The notes beneath the pieces are model-generated. The model saw only the letters and a program-made list of their open reading frames with translations. It made no database searches and was not told the origin of the DNA. Below are positions 50,749-61,991 of a stretch of 64,000 nucleotides of DNA, piece by piece (the stretch's first letter is position 1; each line of letters opens with the position of its first letter). Source of the DNA: Mytilus edulis (Eukaryota); assembly GCF_963676685.1 (NCBI RefSeq), contig NC_092346.1, positions 35,464,001 to 35,528,000 on the forward strand, in the 5' to 3' direction. Position numbers and translations under genes: made by a program.

Positions 50749-53700
50749 CTTATTTTCCCGTCCTTTTTAAAATTATATTTTATTGTTACATTATAAATAC
50801 GTTTTAACGTCTAACTTGTTCAAAAGACAAAATTATAACATCGCGCAATTTAAAGAACAAATTGGATAAAAGCTCATATGTATCCTATTGGTTCACCTCG
50901 GACAATATTAGTCTGTTCCAAGGACAGGGGACAAAGGTAGTCACGTTCACTTTAAAAACAATATTTAGTGTAAATGTATCTAAATACACACTTAATCAAA
51001 ATCAGTTTTAGATATATATTTTTTTTAAATCATAAAAAAGATGACATTATCATTCAAACAAGTCAATATTTTAATATGCAGTTTACCGAATACAGACATC
51101 ACCCCTTAAAATATAATGGATTTACCTAAGTAGTTTTCTCATCACTATACTATACTTTAATACAATATTGACAAATATGAGTAACTCTATCATTATTCTC
51201 ATTAATCAAATCAGGGGGATTGTATTCAATATATAGATTAGAAGACTTTCGTGATCATCAATAAGAATAGATCGTATGCAACAAGGAATATAATCATTTT
51301 CTTATTTATTTCTGATGGGAACCGTCGGGACCAGAACCGTCTGCAATCGGGTTGCATTCCGACTATTGTACCCAGAGGGATTGCACATCAGACATTCCTT
51401 TTGAGTTCAATGAACATCAGATATGAGATTATCTCAGATGTACCCGCGGGAATGTCAGAATTTAGTAAAGAAGCTGCAGGAATATTTATTCAAATGTATT
51501 CACCCAATGCAAAGATAAAAAAAAATTGACATGCCCAAAAGAAATCCATTAATGTATGAAAAATAGTTTTGTGTTTTGAACAGAGACATTTAAATTCAGT
51601 AATCTTCGTTTTGAAGCACCAAAGGATTTGAGGAATGGTATACTTAATATAACTACTCTAATGTGGATAAATGTGTCTGTCTTAAAGTAATCACTATTGG
51701 ACTAATAGGACTGAGAACATTTAATACAAGATACACATATCATTGAAGGTCTCATTGGAGTCTAAGCGTGACGCGGGATGCTGATTTTTTGTGAGCGTGA
51801 CATGCGAAAGTCAAATCATTGTGGCGAGAAAAAAGAAATGAAGTACCTACATAGTGTAAGCGGGATACGGGAATCTGACAAAACAGTAAGCGTTATCAGA
51901 ACACCCCCCCCCCCCCCCCCCCCCCCCCCATCATTGTACATATAATCACCGTTGATTGAATTAACTTTCCAGCGAATAAGACCATTTCCTTTGAGAAAGG
52001 AGGAAACTACCGAATTGACCATTGTCAGTGGCGGATCTACAACGTTTAATAAGGGAAAAAGAGGGGGCACTGACTGACCTAAAAAAAAAGGTGGGGTCCA
52101 GTCAAGCTTCAATGATTCCCTATAAAATCAACAAAATTTCACTCTCCTATGATTGTTATGGGAGATCAATCGAACTGTGAAGATTAGAAATCATATTATC
52201 TGTACCGTATGTCAATTTGTTTTGGCAATTGTGGGGTCGTTTGGCAATTGTTCTTAGATCTTCTTACTTATTGTACTTTGGCCATTGATAATTTGTTAAT
52301 TTGAAGGGTCAATTCAGTGGCGGATTCAGGAATCGACGAATTGGTCCTCTTTAAAAAATATTTTTTGAATCCCACAAAAAAGTGCATATTAAAATATTTA
52401 ACATCTCACTCCACGCATTTTTAACAAGCCTACACTAGAAAGCCGGTTCCGTCCTGGTTTATTATTCTGCGAAGACCACTTGCTGTAGGAACAAACAGTC
52501 ACGGTACAAACCAAGCCGTTTAACATACAAAATACAAATGATGATATGGATAGGTAATAAAACCACCAGCCTGCTATTATTTACACACAGATATTTAAGC
52601 AGAATCTATCGTATGACGTAGACTCAAATGGAGAAATGGAAAAACCACCAAAAAAAACGAAGAAGTTTAGTTTTGAGAAACCTACTATCAGTTTAACGAG
52701 GGTGCACATGGTGAAATATCTCGCCTGTGGAACTGATTATAAGTGAGCTTTACGCATTATTTTTGTAGATCAATGTTGTGTAGTATGTAGTATGGTAATA
52801 CAGAAAATTATTAATTATCAATAATTTACGATAATAAGGTCATTGTTAGATTATTTTTTTTTGGGGAGGGGGGGGGGGGGGGGGCAGATAAACCCTGCCA
52901 TTTTTGACTGATGTTCCTTACAATCATACTACCCAGCTAATATAGTTTACCTACTTCTTATATTTACAACTTCACCGGAGAAATAAACCTTATACAAAAA
53001 CTTATCGGTGGCAAATGAAGCATGAATATTAGGTCAAGGTCATTTGTACCCTGTGTGATGGACATCAACAACTTAAAATCATTCGATGCATCGAATATAG
53101 TTGACCCTTTATTTATAGTATTTGAGAATTGGATCTCATATAAAATAGTAATGTTGGGAAAAGAACCATGCATATGAGGTCAAGGTCATATTTATCCTGT
53201 CAGACAAACATGAACACATAACATTATTACACCCAATTTAGTACTTACAATATCTTTATTAAAAGAATTTAATCACGAAATCATGACGTTGATTAAAAGA
53301 ATTTAATCACGAAATCATGACGTTAATTAAAAGAACTTAATCACGAAATATTGATGTTGATTAAAAGAACAATGATAGTAATGCCAAGGTCAGATGAACC
53401 CTGGCATACGGACATGTACACTGTATAACACACAGTAATTCTATAATGTTATTCCGGTATATTTTACTTGCTGCGTATATAGATAGTATCGGAGAAATAA
53501 ATCGAATCATGAAAGCTTTAACGTTGACTCAGTTAACTATAAACTTTGAATGAGGAGAAGGTCTGATTAACTATTATAATAAGGCATCTTTATATCCGAT
53601 TTTGTACAAAGTTAAATAGGGAATGTGTCCATAGGACACAGATGATGAACCCGCTTGCATATCATATACGGTTATAACGGTAAAAGTAACGCTACCCAAA

Positions 53701-56700
53701 TTTGTACTTGATCAGAGTTTAATAGGTACCCGTATTGTGTATAAGTTTCCGAGCATATCATTTGGTTGAAGCAAACTAAAGTTAGAGAACGGAAACCAAC
53801 TTTGGGACGGACGTATACGTACAGACATACAGATGAACGGACCAGGGTAAAACTTAATCCCTCCGCTACGGGCGGGGGCATAATACCTTACGTTGCTGCC
53901 GCCGGGTTAGCACCCCTATGTCACATTTTGGTTAAAGAGAAAAAGACCCTTCGTCTCGCATTCACAATAAAATTTTAATCAAGAAAATTTAGCATAAGGA
54001 AGTATCGTGTATCTAAGAAGATGCTTGGCGAAATTCCCCGAATATATCTTTCACCAGGGGTCTTTTAAAAAGTGTTGTTCGATTCCTAATTTTAATTTAA
54101 TAAGTCCCCACGAAGTTTCATCACTCTTCGGATCTATAGACTGTGGGTTACGTGCGTGAAACAAATTAAGAAAACAAACACTAGAAATGTCATGGTAATC
54201 GTTTTTTTGTCTCTAGTGTCAGAATATTTCTACTTATACTTATTATTATTCCTTACCCTTTTGTAACGTTGGTTGAATGGATTGTGGATCAAACGTTCAG
54301 TTGCAAATATTACATCTGTATCAGGACAACATCATGTTGTGATGCAAGTATGAACCTTGCATTGTACTTTATCGATTTTGAACCTGTTAATTCACAATCC
54401 ATCAATCCGTAGGAATGCATGCATGTTACTTTAACTCAGACACATTATTTGGATTCTGAGTCGACCTTTACCCCTTAAATGTAGTGTGTTTTGTGGAAAA
54501 ACAGCTAATGCCAATTTTTAAATGTTTACTTTCACGGACTAAACAGGAGGTCCAACCCAAGGTCTCTTGCACTTTAAGAAGGTACCCTTCCACGAGGCCA
54601 CTAGATAGTGTGCCACCAAAATGGTAAAATACAAATATATTCCCATTTCCTGAGGAATGTGCTAATTAGCAAATTTCTTCTGACATGGTGACAATACACA
54701 ATGTTTCCTTATTTATATTTGTTGACACAGATTTGTTCATTTTATTTTTAATTTGCAGAGGTAAGCTACAAAACAGAGTGGATTGACTTTTTTCAGTGCA
54801 CACAAATTACAAATTAATTTACAAAATCATGATTGATTGGTTGTTGCTTGCTTGCTTAACGTCCAGTTGCTAATATTTCATATATAATTCAGGACGAGAA
54901 CAAATAGAAAATTAATACTATATGTAGGTTCAGAAAGGTACTTCGACAGGGGGAAAAAAGGAAATAAGAACTGTCACTGGAAAACGAGGATATGTTGAGT
55001 ATAGATTTCGCTTAGCAAAAGGCCACTCCTATGAAAGATGTAGGACTGCAACTGGAAAACGAGGTTATGTTGGGTAGAAGGGGGGATTTTGCTAAGGAAA
55101 AGGCCACTCCTCATTCAGAAAGATGTTGCAAGGGTCAATTATTGTGAAGAGAGCGCAAAATATCCATCATGGGTCTTTAAGAAGGTCCCTACATAATTGG
55201 GTCATCAGGGTCATTCTCTCTCTTCCACGATATATACTTTTCCCCTTTGATTTCTAAGAAACTGTTTGTTGAACTCACTGGTCAGATCTTTTTCAGCGTG
55301 GACATTTTGGATATTGGCACTAGTCTAGCATGACTGGTTACAATATTTACAAATGACTGATTTACAGGCAACCGAAATTTATATCTACAATCTACATGAT
55401 ATTAGGTACATATGCATGAATGTTTGACTGTAACAACTGAAATAATAAATTTCCATTCTGTGTTTTTTTTCTTTTTTTGTGCCTTTTTCTTGGTCTTTTT
55501 TTTACAATCAAGTTTTCTCTGTTCTTTCTCGTTTTGACCCATTAATCTCTTTTCTGTAAACTCTATTCAGATCATCATAAAAAGAATGGCATTTTATAAA
55601 CCAACACTTATGTTTAAGAAGATTGAATTAAATTTGTGATGAAATCAAGATCTGACCGACTTATTCCGAGAGAATTGATATTGTGACATCTTCAATGGCA
55701 GTAAAAATAAACATAAGATCAGAAGAGAGAGTATACTACTGAAAATGTATATAAAATTGAGCCTTCTTGTCAAATTTTATTTTCATTGGTTCAGTCTTCC
55801 TAGTAAAAATATTGTTGGTACATTTATATTCCATTAGGCTGTCATAATAGCAAGCTAGTTGCCACCAACGCACGATCACTCAGTTCAATTTATACAAAGA
55901 ACTATTCCGTCATATTTGGTTAGGATGAGGCCTTGTTTGGTCATAAAAATTTCAATGCATGATTATCTAAATTAAGTCTCAGAAATAAGCATTATTATGA
56001 AATAAACTGTTGACACAGAGATATGTCTCTCCTGTGTAGAGATATAGGAAGATGTTGTGTGAGTGCCAATGAGACAACTCTCCATCCAAATAACAAATTT
56101 ATAAAAGTAATGCATAGTTTAGAAAAAGACAATCAGATGAGCAGCAAAATTACTTTTTTCCTGGACCATGCTCTAGTGGAAAGGCCTCGAAATGGTCGAC
56201 AGTCTAAGATGTTATGTAACTTTATAAATATCAAAATAGTGTTACCTATCGTAGCTCCTATCAATCTTGAGCAGACAATTTAACATTGAAAACTGGTAAA
56301 TATTTGAAAGTCACTGGTCCTAGGATTCAGGGCATCAACTTGACCAGTCATCACACTGATATGCATGCTCTATAGTAATACGACTTCATACAAAATATCA
56401 TTGATCCGGCAACCACAATTAGATCCTATCAAACAAACTTAAGTAGAAAACTATACATTGAAAATTGCTTATTACTCCATGACTTGGGACAGGGAATCAA
56501 AATAGTTTTATCAATCTGGCCTGTACTGAAAGTCATGTAACTTCATATTTAATATTGATCATCTATCACAAGTGGTTTCTAACAAACCATCTTATGCAGA
56601 AAACTTAACAATGGTTGACGCCTTTGTAATTGTTGCCCGAAAAAGACAATCCCAATGTCTCGCTTAATGTTGCAGGCAGGGCAAAAACTAGATTTTGTGT

Positions 56701-57434
56701 TTCGAGCACAAAATGTGTACTCTTAGTACTGAATAAAGTAATATCGCTGAGCAGTTCCCTGGAAGACGATTATACCATATATTTTCCATAAGCTCAAAAG
56801 CAAAACAATAGCATTTTATTATGGCTGTATAAGTCAACCTATCAGCAGTTATATCATCCAGCAAGTACCTTACATGAAACATGTGTTATACCTTTTTCTC
56901 ATGAAATACAATTTTATAAATCCCTCCCAAAGGATTCAATGTAAAACTAAGCCTACTGTTTCCAGTCATAATAGTCTGCTGATCAGAACCAGGATAATCT
57001 CAGCTGACCACCAGTAACTAACCAATATCAGCAACTACCAATGACGACAACTGTATCTAAATGGAACTTTTTAAAATATATACTTATGACATGACCAAAA
57101 AAATGAGCCCATGTTACAGAAAAAAAGTCAAGCCAAAAAGATCATCTTAATCTCATAAAAATGGTTCTCAGCTTGGAAAATATTAAAACAGTGATATTTT
57201 AGAGTGTGATTAAAAAAATAAGTCCAGAAAATAAAACTGTTTGAGAAAATCGGAACTGCGGTGAAAAAACGAGTCCAACTTGTTCAAGACTCATTTATTT
57301 ATAAAAATCTTGCATCACTTAATATTTCTCAAATATAACTTTCATATCACAATTCTTACAAATGATCTATTGTTCTATTATATATAGACCGTTCTTAATA
57401 AGATTGTAATGAATATTCATATAAAATCGAAATC

Positions 57435-57450
57435 GAGGCTAAGCTAGGCA
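57435..57450 (+). promoter_or_regulatory. Subterminal motif GAGGCTAAGCTAGGCA, also at 61912-61927 (minus) and 62041-62056; candidate promoter or transposase-binding site
   Basis: An identical 16-mer sits 16 nt upstream of the exonuclease ATG and 15 nt upstream of the transposase ATG. Confidence 0.55.
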
Positions 57451-57466
57451 ATTATTTGTAAACAAT

Positions 57467-59485
57467 ATGGCAGCATCAACAACAAACGGTACCTCATCAA
57501 AAGATCTCTCACATTTACCAGATATATCATTTGCTTTTGTGGAAGAATTTATAAGAAAACACAGCCAGAGTTCAGGAAAAGAACAAATGACAAAAGGATT
57601 CAAATACTACAGCGAGGAATACGTACATTCTGTGTCAGGTAAGGTCACTTGTTATGTTTGTTTACGAGGTGCACGTGAGAAATATTGTCTTTACACAAAC
57701 CATTATTTTACCAGGAAATTATAACTTTTGACCATTATTTGTGCAGTAAAAATCATTATTCATATTCTTATTGTTTTAGTCTGCAGACTGCTGATTTATT
57801 TAGATAATTAACTCCGTATCTTGATCCTGATAATCACGTATAAATCAGCTGAATAAGTGAAGGGTAGCAATCATGCATGAACCCTCTTTGACAGAAAGTA
57901 TATTATTATTAGTAACAGATAATTAAACTTGTTTACATAGTTTTATATGTTAAATTTTATAGGTGTTTAGTATAAAAAAATGTATTTTTTTTTACAGTGC
58001 ATCCTGATGATACTGGGTGTTTGGTCAAAGGAAAATGTTTTAGATCACAAAGAAAAAACGAGTCTCCACATGATGTCAAGGTAGGCATACATTTTATTTC
58101 ACTTGTTGTACTAAACATAGAATATAAATATTAACTTTATATCCTCCTCAAAAAATATTTTGCAAATAAACAATTTCATACAATAATAAAGAACTTTACA
58201 TATTAATCAATACATGCATATGAATATAATAAAATTAGTAACAAAATATTAAACTAATACATCTCAAATTCTTTCACAGATCATGCTAAATGGAGGGCAG
58301 ATTGAATATTCATTCTGTACATGTACAATTGGACAAAGTGGTTACTGTGGACATGTGTCAGCCCTTCTTTACCAACTTGCACACTACAAATCCCTGAAAA
58401 TGAAGTTAATTCCAACAGATATTGCGAAAACATCTTTACCACAGACGTGGCATGTTCCACGAGGCCAGAAATTACATGGTGAAAAGGCTGATAACATCGT
58501 TGTGCAGGGTTATGACCGTGAGGATCCCCAACGAGCTACAAAGGGAATAAAGTCTACCCTATATAATCCTATTCCTGGGAACGAAGCTATTAATGTCAAT
58601 GACTTATTGGTCCAGGTTAACGATATGGACATTTTGTTTGACACTGTGGTGACAGAACACAGGACAGAACTAGTTCAAACTGAATTTGGTAAATTCCCTA
58701 AAGGAAGCATTCTCAGTTATCAACAAAAAATGGCAAGTGACTACCTCCTCAACTTAATGGATAATAATTCATTTCCAGAATTACCATTGAAAAATGTCAT
58801 GATTAACAATTTTGAAACTGTTCTCATGAAAGACCAGTTAAAAAAGTATGACTCCTTGAAGGTTACACTGCTGGAAAGTAAAGAGATTGAGGAAGGAACA
58901 CGTCTTCAATCGAATGATCCTAAATGGCATAAAATTAGACGTGATCGTATCACAGCATCACATGCAGGAGAAATAGCCAAGAGAAGAGCTGATGGGGCTA
59001 AACTTGCTGAACGCTTGCAGTCAACTAGACATGTTCAGACAGCAGCTATGAAACGTGGTATAGAATGTGAGGTTACTGCAGCCCAAGCCTATAGCAAGGT
59101 GATGAATGACAATGTCAACTTATATCCATGTGGTGTGATTGTAAATCCCTGGTGTCACTGGCTTGCAGCTACCCCAGACAGAAAAGTATATGCACCTGAT
59201 AGAAATCAACCACATGGTTTGTTGGAAATAAAGTGTCCAAACACTGACCAATTATCAAGCGTCAAATGTCTTCATTTAATTGACGGGGAGCTAAAATTGA
59301 AAAAAAATGATAACTATCATTATCAAATACAAATGCAAATGGCCGTGACAGGATTAGACTGGTGTGACTTTTTTGTTTGGCTTGAAAATGATTCACATTT
59401 GGAAACAGTTTATTTTGATAGTGAATTTTGGGAAGCTACAAAAGACAAACTTGATTTGTTTTTCAACACTTATTTTTTGAACTAA
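57467..59485 (+). CDS. SWIM zinc finger + YqaJ/lambda-exonuclease-like (PD-(D/E)XK) protein, 486 aa. Exons 57467-57638, 57998-58080, 58280-59485
   Basis: GT-AG introns with matching phases. SWIM motif CTCTIGQSGYCGH. YqaJ motifs TRLQSNDPKWHKIRRDRITAS, GIECE, LAATPDR, LLEIKCP and YHYQIQMQMAVTG. No internal stops. Confidence 0.9.
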
Positions 59486-59545
59486 ATTATGTCAATGTAT
59501 GCATGTATAAATGAAACACTATGCCAACTTTTAATTAGTGATGAT

Positions 59546-61896
59546 TTAGTTTTTTTGCTTAATTAATGGTCTTCTGAACAGAGTCAATAGATTAGCAACA
59601 GTCCATAACTGATTCACAGATCCAGCTAATGAAAGTGGGACTGTATACTGTAAAAGTCTATATTCTTTAGCCCGCTTTATATGCCGCTCAACATGTATTC
59701 TTAAGGATGCAATTTTTTGATTGTCCTCAATTTGTGACGGTGTAAACTGTCCATCACTGCAAAGGAAGTGTGGCGTAGCTATTGACACACCTGTATCTTT
59801 AAGTAATTTATTTAAAATAAACCCTTTATCCGCCATTATTTGGTCTCCTGGTTCTAATAAGTCAATAAGTCCACTATGCTTGGTAATTTCTATGTCAGAC
59901 ATACATCCAGAATATAATGCAGAAATGAAAGTGATAGCACCATGTGGCGATATTCCGACCAGTCCTTTCCAGGTGTTGTGACTTTTGTATGATGAAAAGG
60001 TTTTTGACGCCAAGGCTAAAGAAGAAGGTCTTTCTGTAAAAATTTCGGTACAGTCTATTATCACACGCGTGTTAGGGTACAGAAGTTTGAAGTCCTGTGG
60101 CATATGCTCCATTATTTTACCCCTACTAGGCCAGATATTAATGCCACCCAATATGAAATATAAATAATTTGTCCAAGTTATTATTTTTCTGCTTACTGTT
60201 GATGCATGAATGTTAAATCTTACTGACAAGTCCTCAGTCAGAAAACCACACCTTAACCTACATAAAAACATAAACAGTTCATCAATAGGATCCATTGACT
60301 TTGGACGTCCTCTATTGCTGGGTTCCTCAGAAGACTTATAATACACAGTTTTCATTCTTGTTGCAGTAGGCTTGATAGCAGAATAGAAAATTAAAAATAA
60401 ATCAAAAGTTGGAAATCCAGTATAAAACTCTATCATTTCATGGTCGTAAGAAAATCTTGTTACTCCAAACCGTTCCATTTGTAATTTCTGGTTTAAACTT
60501 GCCAGCTCATAGGTCTTGTCTTTAAGTTCAGAGTCCTTTTGCTGTACCACATGTTCAAGTTTCTCAATTTTCTCAAGACAGTCAGCATGAATGTTAGAAT
60601 CACAACTCCTGTCAATATAAAATAAATGTATTAAGTAATGGTATAATCTCCTTAACATTAAAAAGGGGGAAGTAGTTTTAAAGCACACTGTGTTTCCTTT
60701 TGATTTTATAAAATATTTTTATGTTTTCTTTTCAATTATTTTGAAAATAATTATATACATAAAAAAAACATGCAAGTTCAATTTAAATTTGGGTTTGTAC
60801 ATTTAATATTTTTTTATTTTGAATTAATACATTCTGATAACTAAACTTACATGTCATTTTCATGATCAACACTTTGTGAATTGTGAACTTCACAGACACT
60901 ATCCTCTACAACCATTTCATCTTCATCTTCACGATCGTCAACTTTCATCTTTTTGAAAAGGGACTGTCTTGATGTGGGGGCCTTTCTGCTGCTTTCATTT
61001 AATTTCCAATCAAAGACAGATGGAACAGCTTCTGGTTTGAGACATTTTCTGTTAGGAGTCCAGCGGTAATCTTCCTTCTTGAAATGTTTGGAACAAACCA
61101 CTGTATTTCCTCCAATCTGAAAACAAACACAAATTAATAGGTTTCGTTCTTGTATTTATATAACATTGTTCTTAAGTTATCATATTTATAATGTAGACCA
61201 GTAACATATTTATAAAAAAAATAAGAAGTTTATTCTTTTTATTATTTAATAAATAAAAGTATTTGCAATTTACAAATGTGTTTATAGGTAAATTATAATT
61301 TTAACAGAATGTTGAGAATGAAATTGTTGGTGTTGTTTACGAATACATCACATTATTTTCATTCTATATGACCATGACGACAGACGTGTTTGAAGTTCCA
61401 AATGCATATTATATTTATAACAGTCTCGTACACACAGTGATAAAAACAACATGGGATAAATTAATTACACATATCTACAGATATGGGATGAAGGAAAAAT
61501 CGCTATCAACATGTGGTAACAGTTTGACATGTAACACTTAAACAGATGTTTTACGGCTAAAATAAAAGTATTGTTAAAGAAAAATATTGTTGAACAAAAT
61601 CTTATAGTCTGTCTGAAACTAATTATTGAAAATTGGGACAGGTATTACATATAAAACAACATTATCGGCTTCTATGAAAAGTGTAAACAAATGCACGTGT
61701 TTCTAGTATTTACCTTGAAAAATTCACCTTCATCTCTACGGATTGCAACAATCCACTGTTTTCTTGTTAGCATTTTCTTTTCTGATGGTATATGATGAAA
61801 ACTCAACTCTTTATTAGTTCTGGCATTGCCGTTACAAAATGGCACACAACAGTATTCATCTCTTTGTTTACTTGTTGATGCTGCTGGAGAAGCCAT
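59546..61896 (-). CDS. THAP + HTH + DDE (DDE_Tnp_4, Harbinger/ISL2-like) transposase, 503 aa. Exons 61896-61714, 61116-60851, 60608-59546
   Basis: THAP C2CH domain: YCCVPFC..FHHIP..W..AIRR/IGGNTVVCSKHF..LKPEAVPSVF. Coiled coil, then HTH (LFMFLCRLRCGFLTEDLSVRFNIHASTVSRKI). Catalytic IIDCTE, MADKGF and RIHVERHI. Splice phases are consistent. Confidence 0.92.
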
Positions 61897-61991
61897 TATT
61901 GATAATACCGGTGCCTAGCTTAGCCTCATTTTCGAAAATTGAACTCTGGGTCAATGCATACATGAATAACTTTTAAGAACCGTCTATAATA

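Larger units (their letters stand above)
57386..61985. mobile_element. Autonomous ISL2EU/IS4EU-type (PIF/Harbinger-ISL2EU group) DNA transposon, copy 1, 4,600 bp
   Basis: Terminal inverted repeats AGACCGTTCTTAA and (rc) AGACGGTTCTTAA, flanked by AT on both sides. It encodes a THAP-DDE transposase and a SWIM-YqaJ exonuclease in convergent orientation, the gene pair established for ISL2EU/IS4EU. Confidence 0.9.

Noticed and set aside
59546-60688. ORF-track starts for the transposase (60688) and exonuclease (58283), and the stand-alone ORFs at 57467, 60847, 61672 and 62073
   Set aside because: These are exons of spliced genes. The true starts are 61896 and 57467/62073, and the ORF extensions run into introns.
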